Shown: positions 10,443 through 23,669 of the stretch, in pieces
Position numbering within the stretch: position 1 is the stretch's first letter
Layout of the letters: each line of letters begins with the position of its first letter
Source: Basidiobolus meristosporus CBS 931.73
Taxonomy: Eukaryota > Fungi > Basidiobolomycota
Length of the DNA stretch: 64,000 nucleotides
Assembly (NCBI GenBank): GCA_002104905.1
Contig: MCFE01000489.1
Span: forward strand, 3,226 to 67,225
Reading direction: 5' to 3'
Notes under the pieces: generated by a model
What the model was told of the DNA's origin: nothing
The model's input: only the letters and a program-made list of their open reading frames with translations
The model's database searches: none
Program-made: the position numbers and the translations under genes

Positions 10443-13400
10443 ATGACAAACGGCAGCCAAGTGGTCTCTCTGTTTGAATCCCTCATGGTAAATAAAGCCT
10501 AGCACCTCTGTATAGAAATGGTATTAATCCGAGTCAAGGATGGTATGGACATCGAGGAGAGCAAACGGGATGCGCTACGCGCGCTGCCTGACGAACAGAA
10601 ACGGGTCATGATTATGAATCAGACCAAGCGTGAGGTCAAAAGAAGCACCACCGTAAGTGTTAAAGATAAACCACCGCGACGTGCACCCAGGCTAATAGTC
10701 GGAGCAGTTCCTGGCGAAAAGATACCACACGTTCAGTAAGAAATTTCCCGAATACTACGTTCGCAAGCTGTCGGAGGCCAAGGGCAGAGTGCTGCCCATC
10801 GAGGAGTACAAATCATTGCACGTTTCCCTGTCTACACAGGCAATCAGGTTGGTGTATCTTCACAGGCTTGATTGGGCCAATACCTAATGGATTTCCAAAC
10901 CAGCTGGGTGCGCCAGTTTGTGGAACTCGGGGGATTGCTGTACCTAACCGAAGCCATTCACCACTCTTGCAACAAACTCAACAGGTAACCTATCCCTAAG
11001 CCAAGTTTCGATGGGGATGTATATATGTGCATGTCTATATAATAGGAATCTGAGCGACGTATATATACATCTCTGTATAACAGGAATCTGAGCGACCTAT
11101 CATTGGAGTATGAAGTCATGAAGTGTATTAAATCCGTGATGAACACCAAGGTTGGTGTTTATTTTTGGGCATTGCTGGCGCTCTTGCAGTTAAAATAGCC
11201 TCGGATAAAGTTTGGCGCAAAATTCGGTCTATCGCATCCCCGGAGTATCACCGAGATCGCATTCGCACTTGAATCCCCCTCCTTGGGGGTCCGCAAATTG
11301 GCGACGGATATACTGGCGTTCGTCTGCCATCTAAACATGCCCGCAGGAAGGCGGCTTGTGATGAATGCCTTGAACCACATCCAACATATCCGGCAGTACG
11401 ATTACACGTACGAGGTGTGGCTGCGCCACTTCACCCTGGACATCTGGAGGGGCGGAAACGCATCCGAGGCCAACTGCAACAAGTACGACAAGGGTTCCTC
11501 TCTGCTCTTCCACGAATATCTAGTAAGTACTGACCGCTAGCTTTCTTGCCCCCGTCGAAAGTTACCAACGACGCATTTTCAGGAATCCAACTTCATCTTC
11601 ATGAACAGCCTGATTGACACGTGCGTGCATGACAGCCAGAGAATCACCACGCGTCTCCGTATGATCGCGGCTGGAGTCCGCTCGGTGATCCTTAAGGCCA
11701 AGCGATTCGCCAGCGCCATCATCGCTTATCAGCTGGCACGATTCGAGTCGGGTGAGGAGACGGATCATTTGAAGATGTGCTCGGCTGAATTCGATTGGCG
11801 TAGTGTCAAGCCTTATGATATGTTCATGGCGACCATCCAACCAATTACCAGGACAAAGAGCCACAGACCGTTTGTTGCTATTTTAAACCACCTACTCTAT
11901 GCTCAGCGGGACAGGAAGTTAAGGTAACAAATGGTTCCATATATTGGGAGCGCTCGCTAATGAGACCACTAGGGACAATTACTACCGCCTATTGGAGTCG
12001 GTTGTTGAACAGATGCTTGGTGAGGATCTCTACGAGGTACACGCCAAACTTGCGAAAGTCTTCGACGTTCCCGATCTCGCCCCGGAGTCCGACGACGAAA
12101 GTCTGTACAGTCTGCACATTTCCAAACAGCATGCTCGGTCCAGCTCTTCGGTTTTATCCGATTCATGCCCGCGAACTCCTACAAGCGAAGTGTTCGTCGA
12201 GAAGCCACTGCCTCCTCCCCCGCCCACGCCATTAGGTAGATGTTCACGATAGTGGGAAGTGGCGATGCGGTACTGACTGTTGAATAGAGTTCACGATGTT
12301 TTCGAAGCGTACGCCGCAGAAGACCGTCAAGAAGCTGAATTGGGAGAAGTTACCCGAATACGCAGTAGAGGCGACCATCTGGAATGGAGAGGTGATTATG
12401 CCGAACATCGAGAGGTTGAGTGAAGCGCTAGAGGAGGATGGTGTTTTTGAAGAGATCGAGGCAAGATTTGCCATCAGAAATATGTCTGCTTCGCCTGTGT
12501 TCAATCCAAAGAGACAGGCGGCAAAGCAGGTCTATCTACTTGACCGGAAGCGGTCACATCAAATCGGTGAGCAACACGGTTATTATCTGCACCCGAGAGA
12601 ATACTAACCGGGTGGGTCCAAGACATCATGCTGAGCAGCATGAAGCACGTAGCTCCCAAAGAGATATGCCACAGGTTTCTGGATAGCGAATCCTGCATTT
12701 CTGAAGACACCCTGGAGAACTTTGCGAAATGCCTTCCTACCGAGCATGAGGTAGGTCTCGTCAAAGACTTGACTGGTTCAGCTATTTAAGACCCAACCGA
12801 TTCTAGATCAAGCTGCTCGAGCCTTACCTGAACACCGACGACAACGAGCTAGGAAGGGCTGAAGCAATCTTGTTAGAGGTAGGCCCGATGGGAATTGTCC
12901 GATCATTCTGGACAGAGGTAATTGATAATCTGCAGTCGCTGAGGATTCCCCAGTTCGAGGAGAAGTTGAAGGCTGTCTATATGAAGACGACTTTTCATGA
13001 AAAAGCCGCGGGTATGGAGAAGGTAAAGCGATCCTGAGAATCCTCTGGAGATATCGTTGCTAAAGGCTCCCTGTAGAGCCTGGAGAGTATCACCCAAGCT
13101 TGCACCACTCTAAGATCTAGCAAACATCTGGCGAAATTGTTCCAGGTAAGTTCCCCTAACCCTCGCCTCTACCAGTGGCCTAACCAATGCCCTCAAGTTG
13201 ATCTTGGTGGTTGGAAATTTCATGAATGGCAAAGATTTCCGAGGGAACGCCCGAGGGTTCAAGATCCAAAGTCTCAATAGGGTATGGCTGGATTCCCAGT
13301 AGGCTATATCGCCCACGTGTTGCTAAATTCTCTTTAGCTGAGTGACATTCGTGCCAATCATGACTCCACTACTTTACTACACTTCCTACTGAATGTCATC

Positions 13401-14200
13401 GAAAACAAGTTTCCGGAACTTCTGCAGGTTAGAGAGGAGCTTAGAAGCACAGAGCGTGCTAGCAAAGGTGCGTGGTTCAATTTTTCCCGCCAAATCAGTC
13501 CCAGACCTCTCAACTTTCCGCAACCCAAGAGTCCTTCAACGAAATCAGCACCATGCTATGTTCCCTGCGTCGGGAACTCAACGAGCTGAGCCAAAGCCTC
13601 GGTTTGGACCACTTGGGCGAGGTGAAGAGTAGCGAAGACGCACCGTTCCTACTCGAGATGGAGCGTTTCTTCGCCAAGGCCAAGGCAAGACTGAGCGAGC
13701 TCCAAGAAAATCTGGACAAAACCAGGTCAACGTTTCGGGAGACCGCGCAATTCTACGGCGAGAATGCGGACACGATGCCATCGGAGAACTTCTTCAAGAT
13801 ATTCAGCAGCTTCCTCGTTTCGTTCGATCGTACCATCAAGGACAACCGGGCGGAGAAGAAGAGAAGGGAGGAGCTGGAGAAGCGGCGTAGAAAGCAGCAG
13901 GAGATCGAGCGCCGGAGAGAACAGCAAAAAAGCCTGGACCACGTGTGGAATGTGGAGGTGGCCTCGATCGCCGACGATGAGGGGGGTCACAAGGGCGTCA
14001 TGGATAACCTACTGGAAGCCCTTCGGGACCAAGGTAGCCTAAGTGAACGCCGAGAGAAGAAGGCCTCGAAGCTGTTTACCGCACAGCGTGGAAGTAAATA
14101 CGGCTTGATCTCCGCAGCCCACTCGTCTGTAGATTATGATCCGCTTTCAGCAAAAGCCACCGAAATCCTAAATCAAATACTAAGCAAGGGCGAGTCCTAG
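10443..14200 (+). CDS. Diaphanous-related formin (GBD/FH3, very short FH1, FH2, DAD), multi-exon
   Basis: GBD (ALRALPDEQK; WVRQFVELGGL), FH3, PLPPPPP, FH2 start (KKLNWEKL; LLDRKRSHQI; GNFMN..FRGNARGFKIQSLNR), DAD GVMDNLLEALRD followed by a basic RREKK. Confidence 0.93.
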
Positions 14201-14246
14201 CCGAGTTAGTTTGACCAGTGCCAGAGACGGCGGAGTAGCGAGATTA

Positions 14247-14469
14247 CATCTGTACATAGAGAGGAAATGACAATAATAGTATATTTTAAGAAACTGCTTT
14301 AATTGATTTGGTTGTTAATCTGTGGTGGGGAATGCGATCATTTCCATTTGCTTCCTGGCATCTGTACATAGAGAGGAAATGACAATAATAGTATATTTTA
14401 AGAAACTGCTTTAATTGATTTGGTTGTTAATCTGTGGTGGGGAATGCGATCATTTCCATTTGCTTCCTG
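14247..14469. repeat. Essentially perfect 112-bp tandem duplication between convergent genes
   Basis: 14247-14358 repeated at 14359-14469; includes the last codons, stop and 3' UTR of the minus-strand Munc13-like gene. Confidence 0.95.
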
Positions 14470-17400
14470 ACGAATCTCTCGTTGAATGCCTTGTGCACCA
14501 TCTGTAGCACTCGTAGGATGTAGTAAATGGTCATGAGGATAGACTGCTCCGGGCCGTCGTGGTCTTCGGTGTGGACTTGATTTACATGAGCACGAAAGCT
14601 ATCGATCAACTCCTCGGTGGACATGAGAAACAGCCTTTGCGTCAACATCAGTTGTTGGTAACGTTGGTTTTCCAGCTCTTGAATATGCACGCCGCTCTCT
14701 GTGCTACCCCCGTTGAAGAACACCTTGGTAAGCTGGTGCGCGGTTTAGAGATGGGCATCGGATGACGGGAGTAGGGCGTGCACTTACCTCCAAACATTTG
14801 TAGGTCACCTGTAGCTCGGTCTCGCTCAGGGGGCTCCGGCTCGTGCCCAACGGAGGGAATAGTATGCTTTCGTAGATATCAATGATGCTGGACCAGATCT
14901 CACCGACAACCGCCTTCCAGCTTTTGTCGTACAAGTTTTCGTAGAGAGTCCCGAGGCTCCGATCCAGGTAATTGAGCAGCCGGTGCAGCGCCTTGTCACA
15001 CAACTCGGTGGTGATGGCCGTGGTGGATTTCCCCCGGATGGAATGGAACATCCCGTGGATATGAGTGCTGAGGTCTTGTTGCATCTAACAATTGGAAGCT
15101 GGTTAGTCCACCGGAACTAGGCTGTCTCGTCGAACCCATTCACCTGATATACAAGCAACCGAGCCATATCATTGAGGGTGACCGTCACGATGTTCAAACT
15201 TTTCCCAAAGTAGTACTCCACGTGCTCTGTCTCGCCAAGCGCCACGCTTCGGATCAGCGCTCTTCCGTGGGGAACCAGAGGGATCCAGTCCTCTTGGATG
15301 GTATATTGCGCGTAAGTCTGCGCTTCCAACACCAGTGGCAATCCTAGGCCGCAGATCTCGTCGTCCTGCATGTAGTTCTTGGCGTAGACTGCGACGTGGA
15401 GCTTCTGTGATCCATGCGCCTCAAACTGGAAGGACTCCTCCCACCATGGATGAAGGGATTCTTCGATCACCGTGGTTTGGCCAACCCCCCGACTACCCAC
15501 ATTCAGCTCGACAAATGAATCGCTCGACCCGTTGAAATTGCACGCCGGAAGGTTCTGCGCTTGAACCACCGTCACCAAATAGGTGAGGGTGGTCTGCGTA
15601 TCGAGTGTGTTCTCACTTCCCGAATCTTCGGGCTCAGGCTCATATTCCAGCGCGGTCCAGAGCTTAAACAGGCTACTCTCCGCCTGCGCCAGATTGTTGA
15701 GCATGACACAGTACTAAGCACAGGGGATGGTTGTGAGTGATGGCCGGGCTAGCAGGAGGGAGGAACAAACAACGCACCTCGTTCGGAATCTCGAATTCAT
15801 TTTCGTCCGGCGGATTGGCCTTCTCTTTCCTCAAAAGACTGGTCCAACCATACTTGCTTGCGCTTTCGGCCTTCTGGGCGATTTCGTCCCGTTGGCGCTC
15901 CATCTGCTCGTGGAATTTCTCCCGAATGATTTGGCAGTAGAGTTGGAGCCGTTTCATCACGATCTTGGCGAAGCGGTTAGGGAGGGCGTGGCCCGGGAGG
16001 TAGCGTTGCGTCTACTTACCTTGGAGAGGTCGCGGACGAAGCTGGCTTTCATCTGTGAGGAGGGCCAGTGTAGCTCGAACCCTGGGTTGACTTGCTGCTG
16101 GAAGAAAGAGAATAGATCTACGATGGAGGAGGAGTGCCGCAGTTTATCCGACACGAACCCGAACTACATGAGGGTTGAGTGGTCTGGTCGAGTCAAGCTG
16201 GAGGAGTAGGACCACGTTACCTGGTCTTTGTCAATGGCACGTTTGACCCAGTCGAGTGCCTTGGCATCCAGGTCGGCCAGCCATCGGTTGATCTGCGATT
16301 GGAACCACTTCGTCAGGTCGAACTGAAAATGCGAACTGTGGGGGGGGGGGCGAAGGTTGGTTACGACATGACGCGCACAACAGAAATTGCCCTGATCATT
16401 ACCCGTGCAGCTTGGCAATATCCGATAGTCTCGAGACATTGGAGTACAGCTCGAAGGTATCCCGAAGGGCGATGTGCTTGCTGTTCGGATCGTCGATCAT
16501 GTTCTGAATGTCCAAGGTGAAGTATCCTAGCTGAGGCTTGATCAACGTGGCGATAACGTTGATCCCGGGTGAGCTGGGGGTTCTACAAAAAAGCGGGTCA
16601 GAAGATCTTCTACACAACCACACGAGCCCTACCCACTTGAACTCGTCGAATGGAAACATCGTGCGGCATTTGGCGATGTCGTCCAGCATGATCCGGGTGA
16701 TCTCCAATAGATTCTGGGCTTCGTTGAACTCTTGGTCATCGCTGAACACCCGTGCCTGGAGTTCTTTGTATCGCTCCAGTGCCGAGTACTAAGGGTAGCG
16801 AAGTGGGTTAATGCCATGGTGGTTGGCGATGTGTGTGCGGCTAGTTACCTGGATGCACTCTTCTATCTGCTGGACAAATGGTCCGTTGCCCTCCCGATGG
16901 CTCAAGAGGATCGGGTTATCTTTGATATTGTTCACGATGACCTTGATCCAGCCAAACTCCTCCTGAGGGTTCCTGTCCAACAATCGAAGTGCTTCCCCGA
17001 AACGCTTGATCAACAGTACCTCCAAGGACTCGCAGACCGAAAGCAGCGCACGAATCTAAGGGGGATTAATGATGGCGCTTGTCCAGGACCGAAGTGAACC
17101 GAACTTACATCTGGGAGAATGGCGTCCTCCGAAAGCGAATCCACCTCTGCTATGGCTTCCCCAAGATACTCGTAGGGCAACTCGTCCATATCCCACTTGA
17201 TGGTGGCCGCCTCCAGGTGGGCAGCCTTTCTGTAAAACGCCGGAACCCTCCAATGATGGGTGCAGAGATTCAAAAAGATGGAACCGATCTCACTGGTGCT
17301 CTTACTGTATTGCTCCTCCGGAGGCATCAGTAGCAGTAGGTTCTTTAGATGCTTCTTGGCGTCCTTCGGTATGAGCGAGACCTTCTCTTCCTGGGGGGGG

Positions 17401-18302
17401 AGGTAACAAATTCCACGTCAATCACAGGATGTGACCCAATCAATAGCGTAACTACCTGCTCGCTCATCACACATGGGATCGACTGAAGCCCGTTCAGAAG
17501 CTGCTTGATTTTCTCCTTCTCGGATGACATCCACTTCTGGAACTCGGTGGGGGATTGGAAGTCCTCCTCCTTGTACAGTGTGTCCCCCTCCTCCAACTTG
17601 GCTTGGTGGGACTGCAGCTCGAGGATCGCCGCCTAGAAGTGGCCCGATGGGAGTCAGCGGGTTCCAAACCTCCTGGGAAACATGTTGGCCTACCTGTCGG
17701 GTGCAGTATGGTCGTAGAAGTCGGATGTTCTCCTGGTGCGCGGTCGAATCCTGATTGAACAACTCCCCAACGAACTCCACGTACTGGTCCTGTTCCAGGT
17801 GCAGCAGGACGAGTTTGTAACTGCCGAGCCTGTTCATCAAGTCGGTGTTTCCCTTCGCCAAGGGGAGCGTGACCAGTAAAAATTCGTCGAGACATTTGAC
17901 CAATCTGGTCTTGACTTGTAGCGACGGGCTCAAGCCGTTGTTTCGAAAATCGAACAGAACGTGGTCCACATAAAGCTGTAGGAGTTCCTCCAGAGTGATA
18001 TTCTCGGCGGAACCCTGGTTACGAAGGGTGGTGGCAAGGGTGGCGCAACAACGGGTGGCTACCTGGCTAGGCTCCAAGGGATGAGTGGTCGGGGTGGTGG
18101 GTATATTGATCCCCTTCTCCAGCGCTTCGCAAAGGGACTCGCGGAAGGGTGCGGGAAGTGGGGTCTCTGTTGTGACGAACTTCTCCTTGTACGTCTCCTG
18201 TCCAGCCTTGTAGACCTCCCTCGCGATGTTCTGCTGGAGTAGGGCGATTCTCAAAGCATGTTCGTAGGTTTCGTAAAAACCGGACTCGTCATCTGAAAGC
18301 AT
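14427..18302 (-). CDS. Munc13/UNC-13-like protein (MHD1/MUN, C2, MHD2; Ync13/YOR296W-type), multi-exon
   Basis: N-terminal YEHALRIALL motif; helical MUN region (FDLTKWFQSQINRWLADLDAKALDWVKRAIDKD); C2 domain (VTVVQAQNL...GSSDSFVEL...PWWEESF); MHD2 (LHRLLNYLDRSLGTLYENL). Start ATG inferred at 18302. Confidence 0.85.
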
Positions 18303-18765
18303 TTCTTCTCTTCGGAAAACGGCAACTGAACGCTCACTTTTCTTGGGCACAGGCAACAGCTCCAAGATGCATATAATGCCAGGGTGATTGTACCAAGATA
18401 GGCTTGGTGCACTCAACACTAGGGAACTGGATTACCAATGGCCGGACTGTGTACACAATTTGAATTATTACCCAAATTCCAAATATGGCCTTTCCCGTGA
18501 TTTGGGTTAGGGTTGCCCAAAGGGAAGGTGATTTGTCCAGGAGGATGATTGATCCATTCACGTGCAACCTTCAGGCGGTCAATAGATTGGTGGCAAATTT
18601 ACTGATCTTGTTTGTCGATTGCATGCGCCTACATTCCAGAAACACTCGACGATGGTATTAAAAGTGTGGTGATTCCTCACGAGCCGACCGGGGGACATTG
18701 ACTGGTTGATTATCTGTCAGACCCAAGGCTAGCCTCTTTGCAAAATTCACCGGCCTATTACCGAG

Positions 18766-19961
18766 ATGAATCTCTACCCGCCAGTCACCAAGATAAACAC
18801 CCAGCCATCCAAGGGTGCCTCCACAACCAATCGCCTCCTTTCCCACTCTCCCTCGTCATATTCTGCTGTTTCTGCCTCCCATTCAGCTGTCACTTCCTCT
18901 TCTTCCTCCTCCTCCTCCTCCTCCTCCGCCTCCTCCCTCGATACCCCACAGCACCAAAGCGCCCCCTCTGCTCTGATGCAGTCTGCCTCCCAACCAATCC
19001 CTAGCATCTCTTCCCAACTTGAACGTACCAATCTCGACGCTGCCGAGAGAAGCGCAACCGCGCCTCCATCTTTCCCTACGTTGGACCCCAGCTTCCTACA
19101 ATTCCTAGACAATGGGCCGCCCGAGGTCACCGAGCGGCCACTCGGCCCGAACGACGCGAAAGAGAACTCCCCACCCAGGTTAAGCCTGAAACACATGACC
19201 CCCGACTTCTCCGCCTCGGTCTTTTCCCGGTTGAGCTACGTGCTAGGAGAGAACGCGGAGTTCCTGTCGGAGGAGCACTCGGTTGCCTCCCACTCGAAAG
19301 GTTACGAGGAGAGCGCACTCTTCCCGTGCTCCTCCTTCCGGGTCGAGAGGGATTATTCGCTGGGAGAACACTGTCGCTTCTCCCTTGTGTTTCCCCCCGA
19401 GCTGAGCGACAAGGTCGGATACTTTCCATTCCCCCCCCCTCCCCGAACATGTTCGATGCCTGCTGTTTGTCCACCCAATTAACTTCTCCACCCAGATCTC
19501 CCCGGAGTCCTTCCGGAGATCCATCTCCCGATTGAACGATATCCTACACAAGGCCGAGAGCTCCTGGCTTCGAAACTCACTCGACAACTTCCTCTCGTGT
19601 CTAACCTTGTACACCTCACCTCTCTGCTTCGGCACGTTTTACCAAAAGGTAACGGGACGGGGGAACATGAATGTGGTGCGGGGACCGACTGAGGATTTAA
19701 ACGACCTTTGTTTATTTAGTGTATGAAAGAGCTCGACCATGCTATAGCCGAGGAAAACAGGGATCTCTATCTACCGATGGGGCTTCGAATGGCCGATCCC
19801 CGGAGAACCGGCTTCCTATTCGTATCCTTTTCACCCACAAGTGTTTACCTACCAATACCAATACCCTTACCCTTACCCTTGCCCCAGCCTAGCCACCATT
19901 ATCCCTAACCATGCAACCTCTTTTCGCCTTCTAGTTGGAGATCGAGATGTTGGAGCCGTAG
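18766..19961 (+). CDS. ERF4: ERF4/GOLGA7-family palmitoyltransferase accessory subunit with Ser-rich N-terminus; 3 introns
   Basis: Spliced C-terminus FSLVFPPELSDK|ISPESFRRSISRLNDIL...LDNFLSCLTL...|CMKELDHAIAEEN...LRMADPRRTGFLF|LEIEMLEP* matches the ERF4 pattern; (CCT)n encodes poly-Ser. Confidence 0.8.
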
Positions 19962-20164
19962 CGTGGGGATGGGAAGGGGTGTATCGCACCATACCATATC
20001 TCACCCCACACCCTCAAGAGCCCTAGTCGTCACCAGTTTTGTCAACGGATCGTTTCGTGTTTCCTCAATTTGCTTTGCTTTGCTTTGTACATTACATTCG
20101 AAATAAACTCTCCCCACCATCCTCTCCTCCACGCCACCATGCTTGGACCATCACTCCCTGGATC

Positions 20165-21639
20165 TCAGGATGCGCGCATCCTAGTGAGCGGCGAGAACTT
20201 CGGCACTCGGTAGAGTCTTGTGGTCATCAGCTTGATCCCGGTGAGAAGTCGGGTCATGGCGGTGACGTAACGTTTCTTCGAGATGGGCTCGAAGAAGGAC
20301 AGCTGCTCGAAGCAGACGATCATGCTGGAGAAGAGGTGATCCATGTCGGCGGCGGAGAGGCCCACGAGGGCGCAGGGCTCGATGAACTTCTCCACCAGGT
20401 TCAGGAAGATGTCCTTGGTCTCCTTGGCGTTGCCCAGGTCGCAGCCCACGTTGAGCACGTTGCGGTAGAGGAGTTTGAACTGGTTGGCGAGCTTCTCCGT
20501 GGGGTTCAGGCTCGTGTGGCTCTTCAGGTGGTTGAACACCGCGACTCGATACTCCTCCACATGCCCCTTGTCCCTAGCCACCACGAGCTTCAGGTCCCGT
20601 ATGTCCAACGCCAGGTTCTCGTCCAACTCCTCCAGGTTCGTCAACGAGGTTGGGGTCCAGTAGTGGGACAGCACCGACGCGCAAAACTCGAAGTCCGCGA
20701 AGTTGTAGTAGGACAGCTTTCTCCGGGAGGTGTCGAACCGGTTGTTGCTAAGGAAGATGATGTGCGCGTAGAGCCTAGAGGGTTGGATGTCCGTAGAGGG
20801 TGAGGGTCCGTCCGTTTGCCAAACACTGCCTCACGATTCGCTTTACCTGGCCAACGGGTGGGGAAGGAGGAACTTCTGCTCTATGTCTTCGATGATCCGT
20901 TGCCCTTCCGATTCCTCCACTTGCTTCAAGATCCGCTTCAGGTTGTCGAACTAAATCCCCCCCACACACACACACGCCAAACGTGTCACCCAGCGTTTCA
21001 GGAGACCAAGCTTCGCTACGTCACACTTACCTGACGTCTGCAAGCCCCAAGGGGCAGTTTGGTTTTGACGCTGATATCCTCCAGGTCTTTCCTCAACCGG
21101 GAGCTCAGTTTCTTTCCTAGCAGCTCGCGCATCACCGCCTCGTCGAAGCCGTAGTACCTAAGGGGACGTGCCAAGGGGTTAGGGAGGTCGGGGTTGGTCA
21201 AGAGGAAGGGAGGAAACCTGGCTACTTTTCCACCAGCTCCTGTTTCACCTCCATGGGAAGGGGAAACAGAAACTGTCCAATGAAATACCGGGGTCGGTGC
21301 AGGTAGTGCTCGAACTTCTCGAACGTGCGGTAGTGGGAGAGCACATAGTTGTACACCGTCTTCGGGGAGACCCCTTGGGAGACCAGCGCCTTTCTACGCT
21401 CGAACGTTTGCTCGACTAAGTAAAGGGAGGGGGGGCAGACGGGAGGAAGGGGGAGGGAAAAAAAATTTTTTTGGGAACGGTTCGCCGTTCGCGGAGACCA
21501 CGTCCCGTTGTTAGTCCGTACCGTACAACGTGCAAGTCCTTCCCTAGCTGAACAAACCGGTAAACCCCATAAGCCACTGCTCGTAGATGCTCTTGTCCAC
21601 CTCGAACTCGTTCTCCAGGAAGATCGTGAATTCCGTCAT
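20165..21639 (-). CDS. FIBP: Acidic FGF intracellular-binding protein homolog, multi-exon
   Basis: [25 protein letters not shown]; VLSHYRTF; [39 protein letters not shown]|FDNLKRI; [19 protein letters not shown] closely follow the FIBP family pattern. Confidence 0.9.
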
Positions 21640-21999
21640 GGTCGGTGGTGGTAACCTAGTTGGGTCCCTCGCAACAAGCTCTCCTGGTTTGATGAAGGGC
21701 CGATTTCGTGGCCTGGAATATCAACCCATCCTCATCCCCTCCGTTTGGACCCCGTATTTTCGGGGGGGGGCCCTTTTTCATCCAGCGGAATGCGATTGGC
21801 CCCCGTGATCAATCATTCATGCAGCACCCTTCGTGCATTGTATTTGTAGTCGGTGACCAAACAGTGTGGGGACCATCAACACCATCTAAAATAGATAAAC
21901 GGTCATCAGGGAAGGAGATTTGGATGTTTCCAGTGCCATTTGATCTTTCGGAAGACCTCCCCCCTCGATTTGTTTGTACCCTGTGTAGAGTTGAACTTG

Positions 22000-23000
22000 G
22001 AGTGGTGGCTGCTCACTAAATGTCTTACGTCCACCCAGCTGAGATCCATGCATAGACGGATACAGGCCGTGAACCATCTCTCATCATTTTTGTTACCGGA
22101 TTGGGGATTTGTGATACAAGCTGTGGCTACCAAGCCTCACTACTTCCTTGGATACAACCTGCTGCCCTGATAAGTCACCTTTAACATCAGTATTGGAGGC
22201 TTGCTGACCAACTCAACTGATATAGATGCCAGATTACAACTTATAATCTGCCACATTTCCCTCTGTCTCATTCTACTGCTATTAGGAGAACCAGAGTGTT
22301 TCTACTCATGATGGGGGGGTTCCTTGAGCAGGTGGAATGGTATTGCTAACATAAAGCTTGGCTGCCCTGGCAAGAGCATGCATTTGCATAAATTGGTGCC
22401 TCTGTTATAATGGACCTTAAGGGGTAACTTGGTCAATATGTGAGTGATGAAATGTAGACCCTACACCTGTGTTGCAAGGTGTGTGGTCATTCTTGGAGTT
22501 GACAAGGCCTTGAAAGCTACTTGCCTTCCCCAATGTGCCTTGAGTGGTGTGGGGATGTTAGTGGAATTAGATGTGGTGGGATGTGAAGTTGGGCTATTTG
22601 CCATTCACACCATGCTCATCATGTCAGAATAGTGTCTTTGTTACTTCACTGGTACATGCCAAGAAAAGTAAGAAGATTGACTTTGTGAGTCTTTGACCCA
22701 TAAATGCATACACAGCCTGGTTGGCATTTGAAAACTCCTTGGGTCCTGTGCTGTTGTAAACTTTGTCATCACACCTAATCACTTGCTTAACTAGGTCACT
22801 TGGATCCCAGTCCACAAATCTTTGTGAAATCTGGCCAAATTCCTTGTTGGGATTTACTTTGGATATACCCCAAAATACCAGGCACTCTGGACATCAGTAT
22901 TATAATGATGTTCAACCAGCCCTCAACTCTGCACACCTGATCTTGGGATTGTCATAAAAGCAGTTTTCTTGTCCAACATGTCAAGACCAGGTCAAAGTAT
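22000..23000 (-). pseudogene. Degenerate long ORF of unrecognised family
   Basis: One minus frame reads for hundreds of codons (CPECLVFWGISKVNPNKEF...DWDPSDLVKQVIRCDD...YAFMGQRLTKSIFLLFLAC) with scattered TGA/TAA/TAG stops. Confidence 0.4.
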
Positions 23001-23039
23001 CCTATGAAACACCCAAACTTGGATTTCACTTGATTCTCA

Positions 23040-23660
23040 GGCATTGCATTCAATCAGTCAACTAGTCAAACCCATGATATCTACTTGTTCTTCAAGTTAT
23101 GCTCAATATCTCCAAGACTTTCACAATACACAATGAACCTCAGGCTGGAACTCTTTGGAGTGTCTGCAACTGCTACAAATAGAATTTCTCCCTATGCCAA
23201 AAAGTGGAATGGAACTGACAACCAGATTCTAAAGGTGATGACGTGGATGATGCTTCAGGAAAGAGACCATTGGGATGCTGTCATGGGAGAACAATACCTA
23301 CCTTTAAGTGTAGAAGAAACCTGAAAGTACTAGACCCTTAGAAATAAAATTCAGTGAAAGCCAGTGAAACACCAGCAGAATGCCAGTTGATTATCTGCTA
23401 AATCCCAAGTTGACAGTATATTACAGTGCAAAAGAAAGAACAACATGTTTTCAACTGCATTTGTCTCAATAGCAATGAGCATACAGTGATTCAATGCCCA
23501 AGAGCAAAAGCTGCTAGGAATGCCTGAAAGGCATTAGAAGACACCTATCCATCTGGTACAGTTGCCAAAAGAATGCCCCATGAAAAAATGCTTTACTACA
23601 AAGGGGCTCCCAGCTGATGAAACCAGAACTTTCATTACCAGATTACCCTCTTGGTTGATG
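23040..23660 (+). mobile_element. Copia family-1 relic (LTR 3' end plus gag N-terminus)
   Basis: CAATATCTCCAAGACTTTCACAA LTR end followed by KWNG...LQERDHWDAVMGE gag motif; homologous to 1790-2200. Confidence 0.65.
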
Positions 23661-23669
23661 ATATGGTGT

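Noticed and set aside
8655-21200. Dozens of overlapping antisense and alternate-frame ORFs in the GC-rich island (e.g. 15727-16209, 20039-20803, 18774-19196)
   Set aside because: Shadow ORFs of GC-rich coding exons with no independent motifs
16340-21470. Long G/C homopolymer runs in introns as G-quadruplex regulators
   Set aside because: On the transcribed strand they are C-rich pyrimidine tracts in short introns; nothing specific supports a G4 role
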